NCBI GenBank assembly: GCA_963765495.1
Contig: CAVXWP010000007.1
Span: forward strand, 640,001-704,000
Direction of reading: 5' to 3'
Origin: Blastocatellia bacterium
Lineage (GTDB): Bacteria; Acidobacteriota; Blastocatellia; UBA7656
Length of the DNA stretch: 64,000 nucleotides
Numbering within the stretch: the stretch's first letter is position 1; every line of letters begins with the position of its first letter. The position numbers were made by a program, and so were the translations under genes. A model generated the notes under the pieces. It saw only the letters and a program-made list of their open reading frames with translations, had not been told where the DNA came from and did no database searches. Of the stretch, positions 18,861-28,923 are shown in pieces.

Positions 18861-21296
18861 ATGATGGAGACTCTTTTACAAGACCTGCGTTACGGCACGC
18901 GGATGCTCATCAAGAACCCCGGCTTCACGTTTGTCGCGGTAATCACTATGGCTCTGGGCATCGGCGCGAACACGGCGCTTTTCAGCGTAGTCAACGGGGT
19001 AATGCTCAAATCGCTGCCCTTCGATAAGCCCGACAGATTGATGTTTATTCTGGAAACCAATTCGAAGTTTCCGGCCCCGGGCGTCTCTTCTTCTTCGCTC
19101 AACTATCGGGATCGGAAAGAACAGAGTCAATCCTTCAAGCTTATTAGCGCGCGTCAGCCGTTCACGGGCAATCTGACATCGAGCGACCTGCCGGAAAAGA
19201 TTCAGGGCGAAAAGGTAAACTGGGATTACTTCCAGACTCTCGGACTTGCGCCGATTGCCGGGCGCGATTTCATGCAGGAAGAAGACAAGCCCGGAGGCCC
19301 GCCCGTCATCCTTTTATCGAAGGGTCTGTGGCAACGCCGCTTCGCGGGCGACCCCGGCATAATCGGACAAACAATCCCAATCAACGGCCAGAGCACTACA
19401 GTTGTCGGCATTATGCCAAACGATTATCGCCCCAATATAGAGTTCTGGGTTCCTCTCGGTCTCGTTTACGAAAATGCCGACCGCAATCTGCATAACCTTC
19501 AGGTGATCGGTCGTCTCGCTGATAATGCGACCGTGGAACAGGCGCAAACCGAAATGTCCACGATAAGCGCGCGGCTTGCTGAGCAATATCCCGAGTCAAA
19601 CAGCGGATGGGGGCTGGCCGTCGTTCCATTTAACGATCTGGTCACCTTGAATATACGCCCGGCCCTGATGATTTTGCTTGTGGCGGTCGGGTTCGTATTG
19701 CTGATTGCCTGCGCGAATGTCGCAAACCTTCTGCTCGCGCGGGCGGCCTCACGCGAAAAAGAGATTGCCATCCGACTGGCGCTCGGCGCGGGTCGGGGCC
19801 GGTTGATAAGACAGGTTCTTACGGAAAGCGTCCTTATCTCTTTGATCGGAGGCTCAATCGGCGTTCTGGTTTCGCTCTGGTGCACGGATGCTTTAGTCAG
19901 CTTGAATCCGCAGGGCATCCCCCGCGTAGGTGAAATCGGTGTTGACGGTCGTGTGCTTGGATTTGCGCTCCTCGTCTCTGTTGCCGCGGGAGTCCTCTTT
20001 GGATTTGTGCCCGCGTTGCAGGCTTCAAGAGCAAACCTCAACGAGACGTTGAAAGAGAGCGGAAAGTCAACAGCCGGTCACATTCGTGGACGCCGTATTC
20101 GAAACACATTAGTGATTGTGCAGATCGCGCTGGCCTTTGTGCTGCTTGTGGGCGCGGGGCTTTTGATAAAGAGCTTTTCCGCACTTCAGCAGGTAGCCGT
20201 GGGGTTCAACCGCGATCACCTGCTCACAATGCAGATCGCTTTGCCCCCGGCCCTCTACCCGAACGACAACGATGTGATCGGGTTTTATAAAGAAGCGACC
20301 CAGAGGCTATCATCGCTGCCCGGCGTAAGCTCGGCTTCGGCCATAACACAAGCGCCGCTTGCGGGCGGCGGCCCTCAGTTCATATTTTCGGTCGAAGGCC
20401 GCCCTCTGCCTACACCCTCGGAGGCCCCCATGGCCAGTTATAGAGTAATCACTCCCGATTACTTTCAAACTCTTGGGATCCCACTTATAAAAGGGCGAAC
20501 GCTTAGCGAATCCGATGACCGGAATGCGTTACAGGCGGTCGTCATCAATCAGAATATGGCAGACATCATGTGGCCCGGCGAGGACCCCATAGGCAAACGA
20601 ATGACCGTGGGAGTTCCATTGCCCAACGAACAGCCCGATTGGGCCAGGGTCATCGGGGTTGTGGGAAATGTCAAACACACATCGCTTACGGGCGAATCCG
20701 GGATGCAGATGTATCAGGCGACGGCTCAGACTCCATTTATAACGCTTGGCCTGGGGCGCTCGATGACTTTCGTTTTGCGGACTCAACTTGACCCGGCGAG
20801 CGTGACCGAGTCTGCCCGTAGCGTCATAGCCGGTCTCAACCCGACACTGCCCTTATCGAACGTGAAGACGATGGATACCATAATTCATGAAACCACCGCT
20901 CCGTTCAGATTCAATATGTTCCTGCTCGGTCTGTTCGCCGCGATAGCGATGATCCTGACAGTTGTCGGCGTTTACGGGGTGATGAATTACGCGGTCACGC
21001 AAAGAACACAGGAGATCGGCATAAGGATGGCGCTGGGCGCGCAGCCCTCACAGGTGCGAGCGATGGTGCTCAAGCAGGGATTGGCGCTTTCTTCAATCGG
21101 TCTGGCGATAGGGCTTGCAGGCGGATTTGCAGCTACGCGACTGATGTCGAGCCTGCTGTTTGGCGTCAGCGCAACCGATCCGATGATCTTCGCCGCTGTG
21201 GTCTTGATCTTGATTATAGTTGCGCTATTGACCTGCTACATCCCGGCGCGCAAGGCTACAAAGGTTGATCCGATAATCGCGCTTAAGTATGAATGA
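18861..21296 (+). CDS. ADOP-family duplicated MacB/FtsX permease
   Basis: [56 protein letters not shown]. Confidence 0.93.
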   Translation: MMETLLQDLRYGTRMLIKNPGFTFVAVITMALGIGANTALFSVVNGVMLKSLPFDKPDRLMFILETNSKFPAPGVSSSSLNYRDRKEQSQSFKLISARQPFTGNLTSSDLPEKIQGEKVNWDYFQTLGLAPIAGRDFMQEEDKPGGPPVILLSKGLWQRRFAGDPGIIGQTIPINGQSTTVVGIMPNDYRPNIEFWVPLGLVYENADRNLHNLQVIGRLADNATVEQAQTEMSTISARLAEQYPESNSGWGLAVVPFNDLVTLNIRPALMILLVAVGFVLLIACANVANLLLARAASREKEIAIRLALGAGRGRLIRQVLTESVLISLIGGSIGVLVSLWCTDALVSLNPQGIPRVGEIGVDGRVLGFALLVSVAAGVLFGFVPALQASRANLNETLKESGKSTAGHIRGRRIRNTLVIVQIALAFVLLVGAGLLIKSFSALQQVAVGFNRDHLLTMQIALPPALYPNDNDVIGFYKEATQRLSSLPGVSSASAITQAPLAGGGPQFIFSVEGRPLPTPSEAPMASYRVITPDYFQTLGIPLIKGRTLSESDDRNALQAVVINQNMADIMWPGEDPIGKRMTVGVPLPNEQPDWARVIGVVGNVKHTSLTGESGMQMYQATAQTPFITLGLGRSMTFVLRTQLDPASVTESARSVIAGLNPTLPLSNVKTMDTIIHETTAPFRFNMFLLGLFAAIAMILTVVGVYGVMNYAVTQRTQEIGIRMALGAQPSQVRAMVLKQGLALSSIGLAIGLAGGFAATRLMSSLLFGVSATDPMIFAAVVLILIIVALLTCYIPARKATKVDPIIALKYE

Positions 21297-21307
21297 GCTA
21301 CCGGTTT

Positions 21308-21394
21308 TAGACAGGATTAACAGGATTAGATTTGATTAGACAAGATTAAAAGAGAGTCTTGTTGAATCATTAAAAATCCTGTTAATCCTGTCTA
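21308..21394. repeat. 9-mer tandem inverted-repeat element, copy 3
   Basis: TAGACAGGATTAACAGGATT...AATCCTGTTAATCCTGTCTA, 20-bp perfect arms. Confidence 0.9.
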
Positions 21395-21444
21395 CGTCTT
21401 TTTACTCCATCAATTTCAACCTCTTATCATCCGATTTAACCTTC

Positions 21445-21496
21445 CCCTTGACATTCTAAGGGAGTGGGTTTACTCTTCCCTAGACATTCTAAGGAG
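21445..21496 (+). promoter_or_regulatory. padR promoter with two tandem imperfect palindromic operators
   Basis: TTGACA(21448)-17 bp-TACTCT(21471); boxes CCCTTGACATTCTAAGG and CCCTAGACATTCTAAGG. Confidence 0.7.
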
Positions 21497-21507
21497 AGCG
21501 ATGGGAA

Positions 21508-21834
21508 ATGGCGAAAATTGATCTGCTTCAAGGCACTCTGGATATGCTCGTTCTCAAGACCTTATCGGAAGGGGCTATGCACGGTTACGAGATCGCCCGC
21601 TGGATTCAGAAGACTTCGGATGAGGCGCTTCAGGTTGAAGAAGGCTCGCTCTATCCGGCTCTGTATCGAATGGAGCATAAGGGCTGGATAACATCGGAGT
21701 GGGATGTTTCGGAAAACAACCGCAAGGCGCGTTACTACAAGCTCACAAGAACCGGGCGCAAGCAACTCGAAAACGAGCAGGACCGATGGGCACGCCTGAC
21801 CGAGGCAATATCTAAAGTGATGCAGACGGCTTAA
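21508..21834 (+). CDS. padR: PadR-family regulator (acidobacterial type)
   Basis: LLQGTLDMLVL, HGYEI, EEGSLYPALYR, SENNRKARYY. Confidence 0.93.
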   Translation: MAKIDLLQGTLDMLVLKTLSEGAMHGYEIARWIQKTSDEALQVEEGSLYPALYRMEHKGWITSEWDVSENNRKARYYKLTRTGRKQLENEQDRWARLTEAISKVMQTA

Positions 21835-21860
21835 CAGGGCTTAACAGGGATTAACAGGGA
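21831..21860 (+). repeat. 10-bp tandem repeat x3 (TTAACAGGGM) spanning the padR stop and the next RBS region
   Basis: TTAACAGGGC TTAACAGGGA TTAACAGGGA. Confidence 0.8.
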
Positions 21861-21867
21861 ATTGATT

Positions 21868-24507
21868 ATGTTTTTTCTGAAGCAATTCTGTCGGCGTATG
21901 TACGCAGTGTTTCGCGGCAGCCGGATTGACCGGGATATTGATGAGGAACTGCGCTTTCATCTCGACATGCGGATTCAAGAAAATATCAGGTCCGGCATGA
22001 GCCCGGAAGACGCAAAGCGGGAGGCGCTTCGTCGCTTTGGCAACATCACGCGAATCAAGGAACAGAGTCACGACATTCGTGGAGGCGGCATGATAGAGAC
22101 TTTCCTCAAAGACATCAGATACGGCGTGCGAATGCTTATCAAGCAGCCTCTCTTTACAGTTGCTGCGGTCATCACGCTGGCCTTAGGGATAGGAGCCAAT
22201 ACAACGGTCTTCAGCGTAGTCAATGCTGTCGTGTTGCGACCTCTGCCGTTTAACGAGCCTGACCGGCTTGTCATGGTATGGGAAGTGAAACCGGATCAGG
22301 AAAAAGATGCGCAAGTCGCATCGCTTGCCGATTTCGTGGATTGGCGCGATCAGAATCGGGTCTTCGATGGTATGGCTGCTTACTTCAATTGGACCGCGAA
22401 CCTTACGGGGGTTGATGACCCCGAAAGAATCAAATCGGCAGTTGTAACCGGCAGCTTCTTCGAGACGCTCGGCGTGAGCGCAAAGATTGGTCGCGTTCTT
22501 CTCCCCGAAGACGACCGCCCGGGCTATGATTCAGTCGTATTGCTCAGTGATGGCCTGTGGAAACGCCGGTTCGGCGGAGACCCGCAAATCCTCGGAAAAA
22601 AATTGATGCTCAATGGAGCGGACCTCACCGTAGTCGGAATCATGCCGCCGGATTTCAGGTTCCCCGATGAGGAGGCGGGCATCTGGGTTCCCGCAGGGTT
22701 CGGCGCTAAACAGTTGCAGGATCGTCGTGGGAAGTTCATCAACGTAATAGCGCGGCTCAAACCGGGAATCGAGTTGAATCAGGCGCAGGCAGAAATGGAT
22801 ACGATTGCCGCCCGTTTGCAGTCGGAATACCCGGAGACAAATGCCGATTGGGGAGCGAGGGTCGCTCGCCTGGACGATGTGAGGGTCGGAAATGTCAGAT
22901 TGGCTTTATTCGTGCTGCTTGGAGCAGTCGTTTTAGTGCTGTTGATTGCCTGTGTGAACGTAGCCAATTTGCTGCTGGCGAGGGCGGCGGCCAGGCAAAG
23001 GGAATTTGCAATCCGCGCCGCCCTCGGCGCAAGTCGAGCCCGACTGTTTTCTCAGTTGCTCACAGAAAGTTTCCTGCTCGTGTTGCTTGGGGGGGCCGCA
23101 GGTGTTTTGCTTGCTTCGTGGGGTGTGTCGCTTATTACTTCATTGAATCCCGGCGACATCCCCCGGTTAAACGAGACGACGCTCGACGGTCGCGTCCTTG
23201 GTTTCACGATGGTCATCTCTGTGATTTCGGTGATGGCCTTCGGTCTTGCGCCTGCGCTTTTTGCTTCCAGACCAGATCCGCAGGAATCGCTCAAATCTGA
23301 GGGGCGAGGATCATCGAGCGGCTCAAAGCGCAGGCTCCGCAATGCTCTGGTGATCTCGGAAGTCGCCGTGGCGCTGATGCTGCTCATCGGAGCGGGCCTT
23401 ATGATAAAAAGTTTTCTGCGTCTGCAATCGGTTGATCCGGGTTTTAACTCTGATAATTTGCTGACGTTGCGCGTATGGCTGCCTTCGACCAGATATAAGG
23501 AGAATCACCGGCAAATAGCCTTTTTCCAGCAACTCATAAATCGAATCAAAGGCTTGCCCGGGGTACAATCGGCGGGCGCGGTTCAGGACCTACCTATACG
23601 GCGCAATCGTATGGGCTACGACTTTGCGATAGAAGGACGCGCTATTTTGGCGGGCGATGAGCCAAACGCAGGCTATCGCGCGGTCACTCCTGATTACTTT
23701 AAGACCATGAGCATCCCTCTTGCGAGCGGGCGATGGTTCAATGAGAAGGACGACAGCGATGCTCCGCCCGTGGTAATCATAAATCGGAGCATGGCCCGGC
23801 AATTCTGGTCCGATGAAGACCCCATTGGGAAGCGCATTCGATTCGGAGGCGAGGAGGCTCCGTGGTCTACGATAGTGGGTGTTGTCGGAGACGTAAAACA
23901 TATGGGGCTTGACGCGGATGAGGGGCCGGCCCTCTATCAGCCTCACTCTCAGAAACCTGAATATCTCAGATGGATGACTCTGGTAGTACGGACCAATGTC
24001 GAGCCTTTGAGCATTGTAAGTGCCGTACGCGAACAGGTGTCGGCGCTCGACAAGGATCAACCTGTATACGATGTCGCCACGATGAGACAACTTGTTTCCG
24101 AATCGATTGCGAATCCGCGATTTTATATGACCCTGCTTGGCCTGTTTGCCTTTGTCGCTTTGATACTCGCAACTGTAGGGGTTTATGGTGTCCTTGCCTT
24201 CTGGGTAACTCAACGCACAAAAGAGATCGGCATTCACATGGCTTTAGGGGCGCAGCAGAAAGACGTGATGAAACGCGTAATGGGCAAGGGTATCAAACTT
24301 GCGCTGACCGGAGTGGCGATAGGTCTGGTCGGAGCCTTCATCCTGACGCGCGCCCTGGACTCTCTTCTTTACAACGTGAGCGCGACCGATCCGACTACGT
24401 TCCTGGCCGTATCGCTGTTGCTGATATTTGTAGCGGCGCTGGCTTGCTACATACCCGCGCGTCGGGCTATGCGGGTTGACCCTGTGATTGCGCTGCGCTT
24501 CGATTGA
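21868..24507 (+). CDS. ADOP-family permease with N-terminal permease-prefix domain
   Basis: DEELRFHL..GMSPEDAKREALRRFGN prefix followed by ADOP motifs. Confidence 0.93.
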   Translation: MFFLKQFCRRMYAVFRGSRIDRDIDEELRFHLDMRIQENIRSGMSPEDAKREALRRFGNITRIKEQSHDIRGGGMIETFLKDIRYGVRMLIKQPLFTVAAVITLALGIGANTTVFSVVNAVVLRPLPFNEPDRLVMVWEVKPDQEKDAQVASLADFVDWRDQNRVFDGMAAYFNWTANLTGVDDPERIKSAVVTGSFFETLGVSAKIGRVLLPEDDRPGYDSVVLLSDGLWKRRFGGDPQILGKKLMLNGADLTVVGIMPPDFRFPDEEAGIWVPAGFGAKQLQDRRGKFINVIARLKPGIELNQAQAEMDTIAARLQSEYPETNADWGARVARLDDVRVGNVRLALFVLLGAVVLVLLIACVNVANLLLARAAARQREFAIRAALGASRARLFSQLLTESFLLVLLGGAAGVLLASWGVSLITSLNPGDIPRLNETTLDGRVLGFTMVISVISVMAFGLAPALFASRPDPQESLKSEGRGSSSGSKRRLRNALVISEVAVALMLLIGAGLMIKSFLRLQSVDPGFNSDNLLTLRVWLPSTRYKENHRQIAFFQQLINRIKGLPGVQSAGAVQDLPIRRNRMGYDFAIEGRAILAGDEPNAGYRAVTPDYFKTMSIPLASGRWFNEKDDSDAPPVVIINRSMARQFWSDEDPIGKRIRFGGEEAPWSTIVGVVGDVKHMGLDADEGPALYQPHSQKPEYLRWMTLVVRTNVEPLSIVSAVREQVSALDKDQPVYDVATMRQLVSESIANPRFYMTLLGLFAFVALILATVGVYGVLAFWVTQRTKEIGIHMALGAQQKDVMKRVMGKGIKLALTGVAIGLVGAFILTRALDSLLYNVSATDPTTFLAVSLLLIFVAALACYIPARRAMRVDPVIALRFD

Positions 24508-24647
24508 ATCTTTTGCCGGTTTGTTTCGCGTTCGACCACCCTCGGCCCTTGTGTGGCTCGTGGTTTGCCTTTACTCTCTAGCAAGTGGAAACTTGTATGA
24601 AAGCAATGCAGACACGAGGATAGAATTCGCTAAACGAGGAGAATATT

Positions 24648-25511
24648 ATGCGTTGGGTTGGACGAAGACAAAGCGACAATATTGAGGACCGTAGAGGGGT
24701 TTCAGGAAGAGGTCTGGCGGTCGGCGGAGGTCTTGGAGGAATAGTCGTTTTGCTGATAGCGATGTTTCTCGGGATAGACCCTCAGTCGTTACCGACAGGC
24801 AACGGCCCGCAACCTGATGCGGGGGGCGGGCGTCCGGGCGTGACCAATCCTGCCGAAGAGAAGATGAAGGAGTTCACAGGGGTGGTTCTGGCCGATACGG
24901 AAGATGTATGGCAAGAGCAGTTTCGCAAGCAACTGGGAAAGGAATATCGCAATCCTACGCTTGTGCTGTTTTCCGGGAGCAGCCAGTCGGGATGCGGATT
25001 CGCTTCCGCCGCCACGGGACCGTTTTATTGTCCGGCGGATCAAAAGGTCTACATAGACCTTCAGTTCTTTAACGAACTCGCGACTCGTTTTCGAGCGGCC
25101 GGTGATTTCGCCGAAGCCTATGTGATCGCTCACGAGATCGGACACCACGTACAGAATCAACTGGGAATACTAAACAAGGTTCATTCCAGCAGAGGCCGCC
25201 TGAGCGAAGCCGAATACAATCAGATGTCGGTGCGTTCGGAACTTCAGGCCGATTTTCTGGCTGGAGTCTGGGCTTACTACGATCAGAAAATGAAAAACAT
25301 TCTCGAACCGGGCGATCTGGAAGAGGCGCTTGGGGCCGCAAACGCTGTGGGTGATGACCGTCTGCAAAAGCAGGGACAGGGGTATGTTGTTCCCGATTCG
25401 TTCACGCACGGCACCTCCGAGCAGCGAGCCCGATGGTTCCGCCTGGGGTTTGAAACCGGAGATTTATCTCGGATGAATGACCTTTTCAAGCTCAGTTACA
25501 ATCAACTGTAA
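24648..25511 (+). CDS. ypfJ: Neutral zinc metallopeptidase (YpfJ family)
   Basis: GRRQSDNIEDRRG, GPFYCPAD, AHEIGHHVQ, ELQAD, FTHGTSEQR. Confidence 0.9.
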   Translation: MRWVGRRQSDNIEDRRGVSGRGLAVGGGLGGIVVLLIAMFLGIDPQSLPTGNGPQPDAGGGRPGVTNPAEEKMKEFTGVVLADTEDVWQEQFRKQLGKEYRNPTLVLFSGSSQSGCGFASAATGPFYCPADQKVYIDLQFFNELATRFRAAGDFAEAYVIAHEIGHHVQNQLGILNKVHSSRGRLSEAEYNQMSVRSELQADFLAGVWAYYDQKMKNILEPGDLEEALGAANAVGDDRLQKQGQGYVVPDSFTHGTSEQRARWFRLGFETGDLSRMNDLFKLSYNQL

Positions 25512-25662
25512 AAGTTTTCCGGCGCTGGTTGATTCCTGAATTTGTATGTTTTTATTCGGGTTTATGGTATCGAAATCCCGATAAAGGCTTTTCTCGTACT
25601 TGGCTGATTTGTGCCTGTCTGAGCAGCTTTGCGCTCGGACAGGATATAAATGCAAGGTGTCA

Positions 25663-25691
25663 TAGACTTTACGGAATACGTATGGTATTAT
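25663..25691 (+). promoter_or_regulatory. Sigma-70-type promoter giving a ~140-nt 5' UTR for the RRM gene
   Basis: TAGACT-17 bp-TATTAT with extended TG. Confidence 0.5.
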
Positions 25692-25839
25692 ATAAACTCA
25701 TTACAGCAGAGCGAGTGCTGCTGTTTGTATAGGCTTTCAGGAGTTCCCGCTGCTACTGCTTGGAGAGAGTTTGATCTCAATTTCTCATCCCCTTTCCCTC
25801 TATGCCTCGGAAGTTCCTAATAACAGATTCAGGAGAAAC

Positions 25840-26184
25840 ATGAATAAGAGAATTTACGTCGGAAATCTGTCGTACCAAACGACAGAGACTGACCTCACCA
25901 GCCTGTTTGAACAGGTTGGACAGGTCGAAACAGTTAACATCATATCAGACCGCGACACGGGACGATCCAAGGGCTTTGCTTTTGTGGAAATGGGCGAAGA
26001 GGATGCCGAGAAGGCAATTGCGCAGTTCAATGGAACTGAGGTCAACGGGCGTTCGCTGACCGTCAACGAGGCTAAACCGCGTGAGGAGCGTACGGGCAAC
26101 CGTGGAGGCGGCTACGGCGGATCGCGTAACAGCGGCGGTCGCGGTGGCGGTCGCAGCGGCGGCGGATATGGAAGCCGATACTAA
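25840..26184 (+). CDS. RRM RNA-binding protein with Gly-rich tail
   Basis: IYVGNL (RNP2), KGFAFVEM (RNP1), AGGAG RBS. Confidence 0.93.
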   Translation: MNKRIYVGNLSYQTTETDLTSLFEQVGQVETVNIISDRDTGRSKGFAFVEMGEEDAEKAIAQFNGTEVNGRSLTVNEAKPREERTGNRGGGYGGSRNSGGRGGGRSGGGYGSRY

Positions 26185-26214
26185 CCCCGATCAGGGTATA
26201 GAATGAAGGGGATA

Positions 26215-26265
26215 GGACGGGATAAAAGAGCTAGGATTCTACTTATCCCGTCCGCCTCATTTTTT
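26215..26265 (+). terminator. Hairpin with U-tract after the RRM gene
   Basis: GGACGGGATAA...TTATCCCGTCC followed by TTTTTT. Confidence 0.55.
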
Positions 26266-26410
26266 GCAATCACGCTGCTCGGATACGATTGTTAGGAAAC
26301 AAACATTTATAAAGCACTCCGATCAATCCGCCCCATCAGCATTTATTTTCACCACTGCTGCTCTGAATACAACAGAGATTCACCGAAGTAGTGTTTCGAA
26401 AGAGAGATTC

Positions 26411-27628
26411 ATGAGTTTAGACGATTTCAAAAAGCTGGGCCTTAGCGCGCGGCTTGTCAACGTGCTTAAGAAGCACGAAATAACAGACCCAACAGAGATT
26501 CAAACAGGGTCCATACCGCTCGCGATTGAAGGCCGCGACCTTATGGCTTCGGCCGAAACGGGCTCCGGTAAGACGCTTGCCTTTCTGCTCCCGATCATCG
26601 AACGATTCGGGCAACCCGGCGCTTTGCGAGGGCTTATACTTGCGCCGACCCGCGAGCTTGCCGCGCAGATCGAAGCGAACGCAAAGCTCTACGGCAAGGG
26701 GGCCGGTCTCCGCACCGTGTCGGTTGTCGGAGGCGAGAGCATATCCCGACAGATAAAGGCGCTCAAATCGGGCGCTGACATACTGATTGCCACCCCTGGA
26801 CGCTTGAACGATTTGATAGAGCGCGGCACGGTGCCTCTCAAAGCGATAGATGTTCTGGTGCTTGATGAAGCCGACCGCATGCTCGATATGGGCTTTCTTC
26901 CACAGGTAAGACGCATCATCAAACATATTCCCGCAAGGCGGCAGACAATGCTCTTTACCGCGACGCTTTCAACGGCGGTTGAACGGCTGTCACAGGAATT
27001 GCTGACCAACTATGCGCGGGTCGAGGCCGCCCGTATCGCAACGACTACAGCGACCCTCACCCAGAAGGCATTCCCCGTACTTTCACACGCCAAGCTGCCG
27101 TTGCTGCTCGAATTGCTCAAACAGCACGAAGGAGATACTTTCCTCATCTTCACGCAGACGAGACGGGGAGCCGACAGGTTGACGCATGTTTTGACGGCCA
27201 ACAAATATGATGTGGTCACGCTTCATTCCGACCGCAGCCAGTCGCAGCGCAACAGCGCGATGGCAAGCTTTCGCTCGGGCCGGGCGCGGGTGCTTGTGGC
27301 GACCGATGTCGCAGCGCGCGGAATCGATGTCGATGACATTTCGTTTGTGGTCAATTACGAAGTGCCCTCGACAGGCGAAGATTATATACATAGAGTCGGG
27401 CGTACGGCTCGCGCGGGCCGCGACGGCTCTGCCTTTACACTGGTAAGTCCCGAAGAAGAGCCGGGACTGGCTTCAATCGAACGTTTCACCGGAGTCAAGC
27501 TTGAAAGAACCAGGCTAAACGGCTTTTCGGACGGCAGGTCCAGAGAGCAGGTGAAATTGACGAGCGAGATAGCTCGATTGCGTTCATCCTCGACGCGTTC
27601 ATTTAGTCCGCGCCGGGCATCGCGATAA
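26411..27628 (+). CDS. DEAD-box RNA helicase (RhlE-like)
   Basis: AETGSGKT, PTRELA, TPGRL, DEAD, TAT, HRVGRTAR. Confidence 0.93.
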   Translation: MSLDDFKKLGLSARLVNVLKKHEITDPTEIQTGSIPLAIEGRDLMASAETGSGKTLAFLLPIIERFGQPGALRGLILAPTRELAAQIEANAKLYGKGAGLRTVSVVGGESISRQIKALKSGADILIATPGRLNDLIERGTVPLKAIDVLVLDEADRMLDMGFLPQVRRIIKHIPARRQTMLFTATLSTAVERLSQELLTNYARVEAARIATTTATLTQKAFPVLSHAKLPLLLELLKQHEGDTFLIFTQTRRGADRLTHVLTANKYDVVTLHSDRSQSQRNSAMASFRSGRARVLVATDVAARGIDVDDISFVVNYEVPSTGEDYIHRVGRTARAGRDGSAFTLVSPEEEPGLASIERFTGVKLERTRLNGFSDGRSREQVKLTSEIARLRSSSTRSFSPRRASR

Positions 27629-27688
27629 AACCTTGCGCGAATCATTGATTCAATGATTCGCGCCATAACGAAAGAAAGAGGTGATATT

Positions 27689-27910
27689 ATTTCTAAAGAA
27701 GACATGATCCCCGTAGAGGGAACCGTGACCGAATGTGTGGGAAACGCTAACTTCAAAGTTAAGGTAGCCGAAGGGCATGAAGTGTTGGCGCATCTTTCCG
27801 GCAAGATGCGAAAGTTTTATATAAAGGTCCTGGCCGGAGACAAGGTCAAGGTTGAATTGTCGCCTTACGATCTGACGAGGGGCCGCATAACTTACAGGCA
27901 TCGAAGCTAG
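27689..27910 (+). CDS. infA: Translation initiation factor IF-1 (probable ATT start; an in-frame ATG at 27653 has no SD)
   Basis: [12 protein letters not shown]...[35 protein letters not shown]; GAGGTG lies 5 nt before the ATT. Confidence 0.9.
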   Translation: MSKEDMIPVEGTVTECVGNANFKVKVAEGHEVLAHLSGKMRKFYIKVLAGDKVKVELSPYDLTRGRITYRHRS

Positions 27911-27935
27911 CCTGAAGAACGATTGGCAGGGAAAG

Positions 27936-28050
27936 TTCAGAGTTCACGCTTTAGCACATACCCTTTAGCACACACTCTTTAGCACACACTCTTTAGCGCG
28001 CACCCGCGAAATAAAGACCGGCTAAAGCCTGCTAAAGCTTGAACTCAAAA
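27936..28050. repeat. REP-like inverted repeat with an internal 14-bp tandem array
   Basis: GAGTTCACGCTTTAGC...GCTAAAGCTTGAACTC; unit CTTTAGCACACACT-like x4 at 27949-28004. Confidence 0.75.
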
Positions 28051-28130
28051 TATTTTCATCACAGGACGCTAGTTGAAACTCAATCGGTCAGGCGCGAAAC
28101 GACCGTTGATCGAAGATTAGGAGCACTGTC

Positions 28131-28580
28131 ATGAAATTGAAAATGCTTCGTTTTCTGAGTCTCTTTTTCACCGCACTGGCTCTCGGACCCGCCCTCGCGC
28201 ACCTCCTGGAATTACTAAACAAAATCAACCTTTCACACGACGATTATCTGACGGTTCAGCAGATATATCGAGGCTGGGCCTTGCTTGGAATAGTCGTTGC
28301 GGGCGAGTTGTTTTCAACCCTTGCTCTGACCGTTCTGGTTCGTAAACAGAGAAAGGTTTTCACTTTGACTCTGATAGCCCTGCTCTCGATTGTGGGAGCG
28401 CAGGTTGTCTTCTGGGTATTCACTTATCCTGCAAATCAGATAACAAATAACTGGACCATGTTGCCTGTAAACTGGGAGACGCTTCGCGCTCAGTGGGAAT
28501 ACTCTCACGCTGCGGGCGCAGGTCTGAACCTGATTGCGATGATTACCCTGATTCTATCCATTCTTGTGAAGGATGAGTAA
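28131..28580 (+). CDS. DUF1772/anthrone-oxygenase-like membrane protein
   Basis: Four TM helices, AHLLE, FTYPAN, WETLRAQWEYSH. Confidence 0.75.
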   Translation: MKLKMLRFLSLFFTALALGPALAHLLELLNKINLSHDDYLTVQQIYRGWALLGIVVAGELFSTLALTVLVRKQRKVFTLTLIALLSIVGAQVVFWVFTYPANQITNNWTMLPVNWETLRAQWEYSHAAGAGLNLIAMITLILSILVKDE

Positions 28581-28729
28581 AATGCTTTTTGGCCGAGCCG
28601 GATCATTTCTACTGTGGTCAGATTCTTATTTGATCTGATCAGGCGGAATTCGCCGCAGTTGTGTTATCCGTCGTTGATTGCCCTTCATTTTTCGCTTAAA
28701 TCGCGGGTTCGAAAAAATCTTTCTTTTTT

Positions 28730-28767
28730 TGATACTTTTTTGATATTTTCTCCGCATATGTAAATGA
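28730..28767 (+). promoter_or_regulatory. Conserved (ECF-sigma-like) promoter motif, copy A
   Basis: 30/38 identical to 29958-29995. Confidence 0.6.
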
Positions 28768-28923
28768 GCGGCGATTATCGCCACTCAATCTGACCCACTC
28801 TAAGGATCAGGGAGGCATTAGAAAATGCCGAACAGAAAAAGATTCAAAATCGGATGAGCAATCACCTGCCCGCGCGGCAAGTGGTTTATGTAGAGACGAT
28901 AAGAGAAAAAAAGGAATAACAAA

